The position numbers were made by a program, and so were the translations under genes. A DNA stretch of 64,000 nucleotides from Pseudomonas phage PaBG. The stretch lies in sequence record KF147891.1. One strand, given 5' to 3'. The notes beneath the pieces were generated by a model that was given only the letters and a program-made list of their open reading frames with translations, had not been told where the DNA came from and did no database searches. Below, one piece after another: positions 44,753 to 55,500 of this stretch (the first letter of the stretch is position 1; every line of letters begins with the position of its first letter).

Positions 44753-45748
44753 ATGCAACTACAACCAAAATCTATCGACAGTAGCCAGAATGTCATCGAC
44801 ATTCGCAAGGCACGCAACGCCAATGAGCTTATAACGGTCATTGGCCGTATCAACACAGCATTACGGCAACAGCAATCCCAACACAAGACAGAGCGCACCA
44901 AAGTGAAATTTGGTCCTATGTCGAAGCTGTATGACGGCCTTCGTTGGGTGCTGCAAACACAAGGCGAACTGCTGGCTGCGTCTACCGTAGCTCAGAGCCT
45001 GAACGATGCTAAGCGCGAGCGCTGTGTTACTGCGTTGGATCACCTGAACGCCGACGTGCTCGCATTGAAGCGATCCCTGATTTCCCGCATCAACGCCGCA
45101 TCGAAGCCTATGGTCAGCGAGAAGCTTGGCCAGTATGCCGATGCCGTTCACGACTTTCTGCGTCCGCTGTGTGAGAAGTTGTACTCCATCAGCATGTACG
45201 ACGATTCCACGACCTACGTGGCATTCATCGCTCGGAACGTACAGACGGAAGGTTTTACCTCGCCGGAAGTGTGCTTGAAGCTGTCCGAGCGTGATGGTGT
45301 ACTCAAGGTCTCCATCCCGTACAGCCCGTTCGTGGATACTGAACAAGTCCCGCTGACCTCGTTGCGCGACCTGACCTACTTCCTTCAAGGTACGTTGAGC
45401 GTTCGCAAGACGGCTGCTCCGAAGCCGAAAGAAGAAAAGCTGCTACGCATCGAAGGTGTTACCGGAGTCGATGTTACCGATACCTTGAACCTGAATCTGG
45501 ATGCTGCCGTTCGTCCTGCTGACATCAACGGCATTCTGCGATTGGTCATTCCGATGATCCGCAAAGCCTTCTCTCCAGACCAGTTCGAGGTCTTGCATCG
45601 CTTCAACAACCAAAGCGATAAGAAGTGCCTGCAGTTCTGTGTATGCAAGCGCGCAGTTGTAGACCCGAGAGCATTGAGTCGTTTGACCCGCCTGCTGGGT
45701 ATGACCAAATCGCAGATCACTCAAATGACCGAACCGGAGACCCCATGA
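44753..45748 (+). CDS. hypothetical protein (late/structural-like block)
   Basis: 331-aa ORF. Confidence 0.45.
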   Translation: MQLQPKSIDSSQNVIDIRKARNANELITVIGRINTALRQQQSQHKTERTKVKFGPMSKLYDGLRWVLQTQGELLAASTVAQSLNDAKRERCVTALDHLNADVLALKRSLISRINAASKPMVSEKLGQYADAVHDFLRPLCEKLYSISMYDDSTTYVAFIARNVQTEGFTSPEVCLKLSERDGVLKVSIPYSPFVDTEQVPLTSLRDLTYFLQGTLSVRKTAAPKPKEEKLLRIEGVTGVDVTDTLNLNLDAAVRPADINGILRLVIPMIRKAFSPDQFEVLHRFNNQSDKKCLQFCVCKRAVVDPRALSRLTRLLGMTKSQITQMTEPETP

Positions 45749-46788
45749 AACATCTCGAAAAATTGACCGAGGAACAACTGCTGGAGCACGCCAAGAAGCA
45801 GATGCCTCTGTATCGCCGCCTTCTGGCTCGCGCCACTTCCTTCCTCGGTGGGTTGTTCGGCAAGGGCCGCCAAGTGGCTACTGCCGCAGACGTTCAGATC
45901 AGCGTTGACGGCATGGGCGGTCGCCAAGTCGGTAAGCTCACCCTGAGCAACTTCAAGGCACCCAGCTTCAACAAGCTCAAGTCGCACGTCACTGCGCTAC
46001 AGGAAAGCGACGCCATCGACGAGCTGGACTATATCGTCAGCCGTCTGGCCAAGAGCGAAAATACCAAGATGAAGGCCGAGGCCAAGCGCATGTTGCCCAT
46101 GCTGGTAGCGATGCAAGAGGCCTTCAATGATGCGCATGAAGCGCTGGAGTCCATTGCGGACAAGCACTTGCCTGCCGAAGTAGGCAATGTATTCCAAGCG
46201 GCCGACAAGCATGTCACCGAGTTCATGCGTGAATATACCGGTGACGCCAAAGTCGAAGTCCCGGCGAACGTGTTGGTTGGTGCCGAAGACGACCACATCG
46301 ACTTCGTGCAATACTTTGAACTCACCGAGTTCGTCGAGCAGCGCATCTACCTGATGGTCACCTGTTCGCTGACCGCCGTGGGTAATGAGTACGTCATGTC
46401 CACGCACGTTACCTCGCAGGATCGCTTCCAAGGCCCTATGAGCTACGACATCGGCGAGGCGACACAAGACGTCGGCAAGGCCATGCGCCAAGAGCTGGCT
46501 GTTCAAGGTGTGATCGTCACGACCGGCGCCATCAAGCTCAAGGTGGACGAGAAGCGCGTCACCAATGCGCTCAAGCGCCTCCCATTCGTTACCGACGTTA
46601 AGGTAGCACCGAAAGCCATCAACGTCTGGGTGAAGGGCAACAAGCGCACGCACGATCAGGAGAAGGAAATCTTTGCGATTATCTCCTCCGATTCCGACGT
46701 CCGCACTCAGTTGGGCCGCAGTCGCCGCCTGGTGAGCAACTTCACCGAAGACAAGCACTGGCAGTTCACCGTCACCGCCCGGGGCTGA
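45745..46788 (+). CDS. hypothetical protein
   Basis: Trimmed to MKHLEKLTEEQ (ATGA overlap). Confidence 0.45.
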   Translation: MKHLEKLTEEQLLEHAKKQMPLYRRLLARATSFLGGLFGKGRQVATAADVQISVDGMGGRQVGKLTLSNFKAPSFNKLKSHVTALQESDAIDELDYIVSRLAKSENTKMKAEAKRMLPMLVAMQEAFNDAHEALESIADKHLPAEVGNVFQAADKHVTEFMREYTGDAKVEVPANVLVGAEDDHIDFVQYFELTEFVEQRIYLMVTCSLTAVGNEYVMSTHVTSQDRFQGPMSYDIGEATQDVGKAMRQELAVQGVIVTTGAIKLKVDEKRVTNALKRLPFVTDVKVAPKAINVWVKGNKRTHDQEKEIFAIISSDSDVRTQLGRSRRLVSNFTEDKHWQFTVTARG

Positions 46789-46790
46789 CC

Positions 46791-47720
46791 ATGTACCAAT
46801 ACTTCCATGACCCGTTGTCGTTTCGGCTGTCAACGTGGCCGTGGGGTGGTGCGTCTTACATCAAGACGTTCAACTACCGCGTCCACAACATCCTGTTCAA
46901 ACCGCTGCTGGACTATCTCGCCGCTGAGCTGGACAAGAGCCCGACACTGAAAGTACGCAAGACCACGTTCACTCTGGTCAACGTCTACAGCGGGTTCACG
47001 GATATGAGCTACGGCTCAGGGCCTGCGCCGTATCGTTCCATTCGACGCGGTCCAATCGTTTTCACGTTCGCCATGACACGTCGCGAGGGAGGCTTCCAAT
47101 TCCCTCGCCACGTTATTTGGAACACAGGACACACCGCGCTCTGGGGTCCGAACCTGCAACGCGGACACGACTACCTGTCGATCAGCGTGCCGATCAACAT
47201 TGCCATGCAGTGTCGGTTGAACAACACGCTGCGCACGCAGATGGAGTGGCTGTACAAAATCGTTGGAGGCTGGAGCAAGTCGTATGCGATGAGCCGTGAT
47301 TCATTCACGCTGCGCAGCGACAGCAACAAGCTCACGCATGACCAGTTGTACTTCCGAACCATTCCGAAGACCATGTGGATGTTCCCGTGGCAGGACTGGA
47401 AGTACGTTCGAGAGTTCTGGGATCGCGGCGCCGATGTGCTGAATCTGGACAACCTGGACGTGCAGTTCGTGGATTACTTCTTGTCGTACCTGACACGGTA
47501 CTTCAACAAGGTCGACGACCCGAACGTGAAGCCTGCCTTTGAGTTCATCGAGCAGACCGTACGTTCCGGTATTCTGGATTGCGTACAGCGCACTTCGAGT
47601 GACCTGTCACGTCTGGTTGAACCGTACATCCCAATCGACATCAAGACACAGATGGTACAAGGCGAAGCGACCGATGTCGAATCGCTTGTTCGTGCCATTT
47701 GCAATGGGGACACCAAATGA
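46791..47720 (+). CDS. hypothetical protein
   Basis: 309-aa ORF. Confidence 0.45.
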   Translation: MYQYFHDPLSFRLSTWPWGGASYIKTFNYRVHNILFKPLLDYLAAELDKSPTLKVRKTTFTLVNVYSGFTDMSYGSGPAPYRSIRRGPIVFTFAMTRREGGFQFPRHVIWNTGHTALWGPNLQRGHDYLSISVPINIAMQCRLNNTLRTQMEWLYKIVGGWSKSYAMSRDSFTLRSDSNKLTHDQLYFRTIPKTMWMFPWQDWKYVREFWDRGADVLNLDNLDVQFVDYFLSYLTRYFNKVDDPNVKPAFEFIEQTVRSGILDCVQRTSSDLSRLVEPYIPIDIKTQMVQGEATDVESLVRAICNGDTK

Positions 47721-48937
47721 GTTCCGTCCATAAGTGTGTCGAGGGTACCAACCTGGCCGTGATCGATGTCATCTTGGATGAGTTCGATCAGCCAGTCCAT
47801 CCTGCAGATAACGTCGCAGGCCCTCGCGTCCGTGTTTACGATACGGACAAATCAGTCATCTGCGAAGTCATCGCAACTGTCGATCCGAGCGAGCCCGGTG
47901 CTTGGCGTGCCGACCTCGCCATCCCCAAGATGGGGCTCAAGGATCGTGTTGATCTGCGCTGCGTGTGGCACCTGCGAGGCAACGACGGTGAGTCGTACAA
48001 GTCCACGCACGTCCTGCAGGTAAGTCCACAGACGGATGAGCGCACTGGCGACGTTATCGCCATGTACTCCCGCGATATGCACCTGACTGTGGCTCTGCCG
48101 TTCTCGTTCGATCCCGGCAAACCAAAGCAGCCTGCAAATCCTCAGAAAGGGCTGCCTGCTGTTCCAGGACGTCCCGGCGATATGCTGACCTTCAGCCTGT
48201 ATCGGAACAACGAACCTCTCATGGTCGATCTTCCGTTCAGCGATCCTGCCGTTGCGTATGAGCAATATGCGGACAAGACCGTTGTTCGGGTGCCGAACGT
48301 GGCTGGGTTGGCAAAGCTGGAGCCGCTGCTGTTGTACGTCCAGCACACCCGGAAAGATGCGTTCACTCCGACGATGTACACGTTCAAGGTGTGGATCATC
48401 ACGCCGCAAGTCCTAGTGGCCGCCAACAGCCTTGAGCAGTTCATCAACAAGGCGCGGGTGCAGAACGTGATCCCAGAGCTGGAGTACACGCAGAGCGACC
48501 TGTTGGAGTATCTGGCCCGCGGCTTGAACCTGTTCAACATGTTCCCACCGCAGCTCACTGCGTTCAACGGTACCAACATGCAGGGCCTGATCTACGACTG
48601 CTGGTTGCAGTGCAGTTCGTACTACGCTCTGGCTGCGCAGCTCCAAGCTGAAGGTGCCCTTGCGTTCGACTTCTCCGGTCAGAGCGTGTCGCTGAACGTG
48701 GATCGCACTCCCGCCATTGAGTCGGCCCTGGGTCGCGTGGAACAAGGCATCGAGCAGTATGTCAAACCCGCCAAGAAGCTGCTGGCTCGTGCAGGTGTCA
48801 ACTCTGGTGATGGTTCGCAAGGTGGCAAGTTCATCGATGGCAGTTCGCAGATCGGCGCTGTCGGACTTATCAACGCTCCGACTACACGTCTTCCATGGAC
48901 TGGTCGTGGCGCTACGTGGAGCCGCGGCTTCTTGTAA
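47717..48937 (+). CDS. hypothetical protein (possible virion protein)
   Basis: Start MSSVHKC (ATGA overlap). Confidence 0.45.
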   Translation: MSSVHKCVEGTNLAVIDVILDEFDQPVHPADNVAGPRVRVYDTDKSVICEVIATVDPSEPGAWRADLAIPKMGLKDRVDLRCVWHLRGNDGESYKSTHVLQVSPQTDERTGDVIAMYSRDMHLTVALPFSFDPGKPKQPANPQKGLPAVPGRPGDMLTFSLYRNNEPLMVDLPFSDPAVAYEQYADKTVVRVPNVAGLAKLEPLLLYVQHTRKDAFTPTMYTFKVWIITPQVLVAANSLEQFINKARVQNVIPELEYTQSDLLEYLARGLNLFNMFPPQLTAFNGTNMQGLIYDCWLQCSSYYALAAQLQAEGALAFDFSGQSVSLNVDRTPAIESALGRVEQGIEQYVKPAKKLLARAGVNSGDGSQGGKFIDGSSQIGAVGLINAPTTRLPWTGRGATWSRGFL

Positions 48938-48955
48938 TTTCATGTGGAGAGCAAC

Positions 48956-49396
48956 ATGACGCAACTCACGCAAAACTTCACGCTCGCCGAGTTCGAGCGC
49001 TCCGACACTGCACGCGCACAAGGGATCGACAACTCCGTCCCCAAGGCGTTGCTTCCCAATGTTCAGCGCCTCGCCGAGTTCCTGCAGGAACTGCGTGATG
49101 CTCTGGGCAAGCGTATCATCATCAGCTCCGGCTATCGTGGTGACGCGCTGAATCGCATGGTTGGTGGTGTCACGTCCTCTGCGCACACGCAGGGTCTGGC
49201 TGCCGACATCAGCGTTCCGGGCATGAGCCCTGAGGAGCTGTTCCAGGCGATCATCAAACTGGACCTCGGTTATGACCAAGTGATCCAGGAGTTCGACAAA
49301 TGGGTCCACGTCGGCCTGAGCGTCGGCAAACCGCGCAAGCAGCGTCTTCGCGCAACGAAAAACTCGGCCAAGAAAACGGTCTACACTCAAGTCTAA
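48956..49396 (+). CDS. peptidase M15 (D-Ala-D-Ala carboxypeptidase-like) peptidoglycan hydrolase / endolysin-like
   Basis: IISSGYRGDALNRMVGGVTSSAHTQGLAADI matches the M15 Zn-binding signature. Start MTQLTQNF after SD ggagag. Confidence 0.7.
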   Translation: MTQLTQNFTLAEFERSDTARAQGIDNSVPKALLPNVQRLAEFLQELRDALGKRIIISSGYRGDALNRMVGGVTSSAHTQGLAADISVPGMSPEELFQAIIKLDLGYDQVIQEFDKWVHVGLSVGKPRKQRLRATKNSAKKTVYTQV

Positions 49397-49408
49397 ACGG
49401 AGACACTC

Positions 49409-50269
49409 ATGTCCAGTTTCGAGCATACTCGCCAGAACGTGACTCAGGCGCTGCGCAACCTGCAAGCCGAAGGCCCGTCCTTCCAAGTCCAGCGCGTCAC
49501 TCCCATCGGCGACAAGTTCGCCCGCATCCTCGGCACCATCACCGCCAGCGCCAGCCCGGAAGCCGTGCGTAACGCCGTCTCCAAGCTCAGCAACAAGGTC
49601 GTGCCTGTTGAGGGCAGCTTCGCAGCCATCGCCTCCAACGGCATCACCCAGACCGTCGAAGGTATCGTCGGTGTGCTGGAGCAGCGTGTAGTTCTCGACG
49701 AGAGCAACGCCAGCGGCTTCACTGCCATTGCCAACACCAACATGTACATGGACTCCGAAGAGCGCCTGTGGAGCCTGAACAAGACCGACGCCGGCGACAT
49801 CCTGATCAAGTCCCACGCGGGCGACGATCTGGAGATCATGAACAGCCTCATGGCCTGTGTCGCTTCCAACAGCGTCGGCATTCAGGAATCCATCCCTGCC
49901 AGTGATCGCGTCGCTCAACAGCGTATCGGTCTGCAAGGTGGTGACCTGATGGCGTATGTCAGCCCGTCGCTCGGTCGTACCGTCATGGGCTTCGCTGTCG
50001 CCAGCGTGGATGACGCTCACGGCAACGACACCGGCCTGCTGGCTGTGATCGACCGCGATGGTAACGTCGAGCAGGTGCACCGTGATCTGGTTATCGCCTC
50101 GGTGGCCAGCAACGACATCGAGTTCGACGACACTACCGAGATGGAAGCCGTCGCTGCTGGGAACTTCTCGCTGGAGTTCATCGCTGACTACTACCGCAAG
50201 ATGTTCATCCGCAGTCCGGAATACTTCGACAAGTTCTGGGCTCGCTTCAAGAGCCACGCTTTCATGTAA
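49409..50269 (+). CDS. hypothetical protein
   Basis: 286-aa ORF. Confidence 0.45.
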   Translation: MSSFEHTRQNVTQALRNLQAEGPSFQVQRVTPIGDKFARILGTITASASPEAVRNAVSKLSNKVVPVEGSFAAIASNGITQTVEGIVGVLEQRVVLDESNASGFTAIANTNMYMDSEERLWSLNKTDAGDILIKSHAGDDLEIMNSLMACVASNSVGIQESIPASDRVAQQRIGLQGGDLMAYVSPSLGRTVMGFAVASVDDAHGNDTGLLAVIDRDGNVEQVHRDLVIASVASNDIEFDDTTEMEAVAAGNFSLEFIADYYRKMFIRSPEYFDKFWARFKSHAFM

Positions 50270-50295
50270 TCTGTGGCGCCATCCAGTAGTGAAGG

Positions 50296-50323
50296 AGGGG
50301 TGCCTTAGGGTGCCCCTTTTTTA
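50296..50323 (+). terminator. intrinsic terminator
   Basis: AGGGGUGCC-uuag-GGUGCCCCU followed by UUUUUU. Confidence 0.65.
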
Positions 50324-50333
50324 GGTCCGCGAT

Positions 50334-51146
50334 ATGCCAAAACTCAAGACGAAAACCAAAGGTGATCGACGCATAGACGTTAGCGGCGTTGACGTTGATG
50401 AGCGCGGTCGCCTCAGAAACAAGGATGTGCCAGATGACGCACGCCGTAGTTCTGGCGTGAAGAAAAAGAAACGCACGGATGACAGGAAGGCAAAACTCGC
50501 AACTCTGTCTGAGGAAGAACCCAAGAAGCGCAAGAAGAAACGCGCTCTGGATGAGGATGAACTTCCGAAGAAGAAAAAGCTGAAACAGGCTACGCTATCC
50601 ACTGAGGAGAAGCGAGCCAAGAAGAAGGACAAGCTGGAGCGAGAGCCCGCAACATCGAAGCAGCTTGCCAAGATGGAGCGACGCAAAGCTAAGCTGCTGG
50701 ACGACCTCGAAACTCTGCCGGTACCATCCGATCACGGAGACGAGTTCGATCACCAGTATCGCGGCATGTTCGATAACCTGCGGACCATCACGGCACTCTT
50801 CGAGGAGAAGATGCTGTCGAATCCAACGGGTCGTGACGTGTACGCCCTCTCCACGCTTTACTCGCAGATGCGAGAGGTGATTGCGGACATCCGTTCCGCG
50901 AAGGACGTAACCTCTCAAATTCATGAGCTGGAGTCCAAGGCCTATTCTTCGTTCCTGACCATGGTTGGCCAGACGTATATCGACACCTTCTTCAAGATGC
51001 AGAAGGACATCCGCATGTACGTCAAGGACACTGATGCCCAGTCGCAGCTCATCGCCTCGTTGCAGGGCGTTTGCAAAGACCAGGCAGACAAAATCCAGAT
51101 CGGTTACGGCGCAATGCTAGACCGTGTCCGTACGGTACTGATGTGA
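50334..51146 (+). CDS. hypothetical K/E-rich protein
   Basis: 270 aa with a highly charged N-terminal half. Confidence 0.45.
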   Translation: MPKLKTKTKGDRRIDVSGVDVDERGRLRNKDVPDDARRSSGVKKKKRTDDRKAKLATLSEEEPKKRKKKRALDEDELPKKKKLKQATLSTEEKRAKKKDKLEREPATSKQLAKMERRKAKLLDDLETLPVPSDHGDEFDHQYRGMFDNLRTITALFEEKMLSNPTGRDVYALSTLYSQMREVIADIRSAKDVTSQIHELESKAYSSFLTMVGQTYIDTFFKMQKDIRMYVKDTDAQSQLIASLQGVCKDQADKIQIGYGAMLDRVRTVLM

Positions 51147-51520
51147 TGAAACGACCCAAGGTCCACAAGTCGAAAGCGCGCCTCGTAACCGGCCCCAAGA
51201 AAGTAGGGACCGTTGCCAAGATACGCCGCACCAAAACGCAAGCGTACGGTGATCGGTGGACCTGGGCTGCGATGTGCGCCGAAGTAAAACGTCGTGCCGG
51301 ACATAAGTGCCAGAAGTGCGGTCGACCCGAATCCGAATACGGACTGCAGGTTGATCACATTGTCGAAGTTTCGCGCGGTGGGCAGACGGCCTTCTACAAC
51401 CTGAGGGCCCTATGTCCCATCTGTCACGCGAACCGACCCAGCCACAAATCCGCCAAGAATCTCATCCTACATGAAGCTAAGAATCGTGACCAACGTCGAG
51501 TTTCCAAGGGACGTAAGTGA
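51146..51520 (+). CDS. HNH endonuclease
   Basis: HKCQKCGRPESEYGLQVDHIVEVSRGG...NLRALCPICHANR is a classic HNH motif. Confidence 0.75.
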   Translation: MKRPKVHKSKARLVTGPKKVGTVAKIRRTKTQAYGDRWTWAAMCAEVKRRAGHKCQKCGRPESEYGLQVDHIVEVSRGGQTAFYNLRALCPICHANRPSHKSAKNLILHEAKNRDQRRVSKGRK

Positions 51521-52154
51521 AGACTACCGTCCTGTATGGGATGCGTTCCTTAAGATGCGTGCCGTTACTCAGCTTCGGATGTTTGAGAATGCGGAGACGG
51601 CCGTACCGGAATGCTTTCGTTTGTTAATCAACCAGACTGGCGCCAAAGTCAAGCTGCTCCATACTGTAAAAGAGTGTATGCCGCTCGCCAAGCCCATCAA
51701 ACGCCTGAAGGATTTTCTTCGCAAAGGCGACGTGTTGGGTCACATGCGAATCGTGCGGCATTCGCAGTCTATGCGGTACCAAGAAGCTGGCTCTGTTTGC
51801 GCCCTCTATAACCCTGTCTTCCAGGGTATTGTCGTTTTACGGCCGATGCGATTCGACCTGAACTACATGGTCAACCGCATGCAGGGCTTGTTGTTCAAGC
51901 ACGTGCCGTACCAGATCAGCGACAAGATGCCGAACGGCAACCCGAAGAAGCAGAAGAAATTCGGTGCACTGCGCGACGCTGATTATGCGACCGTGCTTAG
52001 TACCACGGACCTCGTCGTCTACATGGCGCGAACCGAGAACGAACTTGTCTTGAAGTACGAAGTCAAGTTGGCAGCCATAGTGCCCCTTTACCAGCGGGTA
52101 GACGTTGCTCTAAAGAGTACATGGCGTAACGCAATCACAGGAGTCTTTGTATGA
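51471..52154 (+). CDS. hypothetical protein (start uncertain; overlaps the HNH 3' end)
   Basis: 227-aa ORF. Confidence 0.35.
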   Translation: MKLRIVTNVEFPRDVSEDYRPVWDAFLKMRAVTQLRMFENAETAVPECFRLLINQTGAKVKLLHTVKECMPLAKPIKRLKDFLRKGDVLGHMRIVRHSQSMRYQEAGSVCALYNPVFQGIVVLRPMRFDLNYMVNRMQGLLFKHVPYQISDKMPNGNPKKQKKFGALRDADYATVLSTTDLVVYMARTENELVLKYEVKLAAIVPLYQRVDVALKSTWRNAITGVFV

Positions 52155-52531
52155 GCGGCGATATGGACAATGTCCAACAGAAGCTGCAAGAACTTGCCGA
52201 TGGGCAGTCCAGCCCAGGCACCCTACAGATCATCGACAGTCTCAGCCGAGAGTTGGACAGTGCGCGATCTGAACTGCTGTACGAGCGCATGAGCGATGCT
52301 CAGGACGTGACCGACAAGGAGGTGACCGAGTTCAAGCGCAAAGTCTACGCCTCGCTCAAGACGGAGCGGGCCGCCGACCTTGCAATGCTTTACGGTCGCA
52401 AGTTCTTCGAGGCGCATACTCCTGCCGTGTGTCTGGCAGTAGCGCAGGCCCTCGTTACCATCGCAAACGAGCAGAAGGCCAAGACGCCAAAACTTTGGCA
52501 AGACCTTCTGGAATCTCGTGGTCACATTTGA
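52151..52531 (+). CDS. hypothetical protein
   Basis: 126 aa. ATGA overlap. Confidence 0.4.
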   Translation: MSGDMDNVQQKLQELADGQSSPGTLQIIDSLSRELDSARSELLYERMSDAQDVTDKEVTEFKRKVYASLKTERAADLAMLYGRKFFEAHTPAVCLAVAQALVTIANEQKAKTPKLWQDLLESRGHI

Positions 52532-52540
52532 GGACATATC

Positions 52541-55500
52541 ATGGGCTCTCTGTTTACGCTGAACAGCCTCTCTGCCGCAATCGACGCGGCGGTTGAGGAA
52601 GCATCGAAGACTCCCTTCAAGCGCGAAATCGATGCCATGTACGACGCGCTTGGTGCGTCCCTTTCCGGTGATGCTCCAGAGTACGTTTCGCTGGCTGCCG
52701 GCGCACCCGACCTGGTGAAGTCTTTGCAGCCGGTCTCTCTGGACCCTGAGCTGTATAAGGCTTACAACTCCTTCTTCTACAACAAGCGCCGCGCCTTCCT
52801 GGTCGAACTGTTCGATCAAGTCGCTGACGTTGCCAACTCCGTGAACTGCTTCTTCCTGTTCATGCGGGAAATGCTGCAACAAGGCCGCAGCCTGTTCGCA
52901 GCCGAATCCAATCGTACCGAATGGGATCGTCGCATTCAGGAGCTGGCTGAACGTGCTGTCAAGCAGCGCGATATGCTGCGTCAAGGCGACAAGTCGTCGG
53001 TCAACGAATCGATGTATCGCCTGCTGGGTGCGATGATGCACGGCGACAAGCACTCCATCCGAGCCTCAGAGGTCTACTCTGGCGGTGTCGATGTGATGCT
53101 GGCACGCTCCGCGCGTGACAAGGCACTGATGTGCTCCAACATCCAGTACGGCTATTTCCTGGCGTCCAATACGTCGCAGTTCGGTTATGAGAATGACCGC
53201 ATGCAGGCGTTCATGACAGAGACTTCGCTCAAGGTCAAAGAAGCCGCTCGTGAAATCCTGGAGTACCTGTTCGGCGCCGGCCACGAAGGCAGCAGCTACG
53301 AGCCGTACATGAAGTCGCTCCCGCTGACCACGGACTTCACCGAAATCCAGCGCATCTTCGAGAAGGTTGTGGGCGTCAAGCTGGGCGTCAACTTCTTCCA
53401 CAACATCACCTTCGGCACCGACAGCAAGTCCAAGGCTGAGCAGTTCTGCCGCGCCGTGTTGGTGCTGCACGCAGAGAAGTCGGCCGAAGCTGAACTCTCC
53501 AAGCAGTACAGCCGCGAAATCGCTCGCTCCGACATCGGCCCGGAGGGTTTGCTGTCTGTCGAAGCCCTCGTTAAGCAGCGCGTACAGCAGGACATCACCA
53601 CGGAAGCCGCCCTGCTCAACCGTGTTGTTGGCTCCACAATCGCGTTCACCTTCGACAAGCCCACGGCGCGATTCATCGCACAGGCAGAAGAAACCGAAGA
53701 CCTCAACTTCGCCAACTTCGACTCCTGGTTCAGTCTGTGGAGCACGCAGTTCCTGCGCAAGAAGGGCAGCACTGTCTCCAATGACCTCGTCAAAGGTCGT
53801 GTCAAGCTCGCCAACATCCCGCGCTACGTGCTGCCTGTGTCCAAGCTGGCCCAGATCACCAAGGCGCGTCAACGTCTCGGTATGTCTGTCGAGGCTACCC
53901 GCGCGAACGAAGACGGTCTGTACATCACGCCCCAGGGCACGCTCGCCTATCTGCCGACTGGCGAAGACCGTGACAAGCTGACGGCCATCAACGAGTTCGA
54001 GCGTCTGGGTGCTGCTGTGGCCAAGGTCTGCTCCGACTACGGCATCAACAACAGCATCCTCGCCGAGAGCTACGAGAAGGTTGCCCAGTACGGCATTCCG
54101 CACAGCGTCTACGCTGAGGCAAACGCCAACCTGAAACGCCTGACTGAGTTCCACGACTCCGTGCTGAGCTACGACTGGGACTACGGTCTGCGTGTCTACG
54201 GCTCCGAGCGCCCTGGTCTGGTTCGCTGTGAGGTGCAAATCGGCGCGGTGAAGCCTGATACGCTTACCATCGCTGATTACCTAGGCTATAACATGGCCAA
54301 GGAAGGTGAGGCGCCGTTGCAGAAGACGTTCGCCGACAGTCTGATGTTGATGACGCATGACAACCCGATTGCGTCCGACACGCATCCGCGCGACATCTAC
54401 GGTTCCACCATGGAGCCGGACAAGTTCGTCAAGACCGCCCAGTTCCGTTCGATCTTCGAGACGTATTTCTTCCACGTCTACAAGGGTGAGCTTCCTGGTC
54501 TGCAGGAGCTGGTGAAGCGTGCCATGTCGGAACTCTCCATCGAGAAGCTCGACAAGGAAACTCCGCGCGATCAGGGTCCGCTGTACACTGGTCTGATCAC
54601 CAGTGACGGTACCATGCGCGATGCTGGCCGTAATCAGGAAACTGACATCGAGCTGGCTGAGCGTCTTCTGGCAGCCACTGCGAACGCCACCAGCGGTAAG
54701 AACGGCACTTTCATCGCCCGCGAACTGGGCGAGGATATGCGCGACGCCTCGTACCAGGAAATGCAAGATGCCATTGCCGAGCACGAAGACTTCTTCGTTG
54801 CCGACAAGTCGCCTGCCCACCACTTTGCCCGCCTGTTCAACTTCATCGGCGGTAACGTGTTCAAGCAGATTCTCGACGGCATCAACAGCCTGAGCGTCGA
54901 GCAACTCACCGATGGCTCTCGCAGCCATGAAGTGGTCGAGCGTCTGCCATCTGCCGATGGCGGTCAGCCCATGGACGTGAAGCGCACCATCGTGCGTCCG
55001 AACTCCAATGAGCTGCTGAACACGGTCAAGCCTATCGCCATCATGTTCGGCAAGTACGCGCAGAACTATGAGGCGTTGGAAGCCGAGGCCGAAGAAGCCA
55101 TCAAGTCTATCGAGTACGATCCGGGCGTCGATGTGGAAGACATCCACTTCGCGGGTAGCAAAGAGTCGTTCTCTGTGTTCCCGCACCAGCTGGACACCCA
55201 TCGGTATCTGCGCAAGCCGCAGCCGCCGAAGTTCGCAGTGCTCGACATCAGCCCCGGTGGCGGTAAGACCTCGATCGGCCTCGGCGACATGGCTGCCATC
55301 GTCAAGGATATGCAGGGCTTGGGCAAGAAGATTCGCCCGCTGGTTCTCTGCCCTGATGGTCTGATCCGTAACTGGTGTAATGATATGAAGTCGTTCGCCG
55401 GTGACACCTGGAACATGATCCCGATTGACAAGAACGTGTTCAATCGTTGGGGCGCCGAGCGTCTCCAGCAGGTGATCGAACAGGCTCCGCCGAACACGAT

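Noticed and set aside
48413-50257. - strand ORF of 614 aa
   Set aside because: Antisense to the M15 peptidase and adjacent + strand genes. No motifs. GC-driven.
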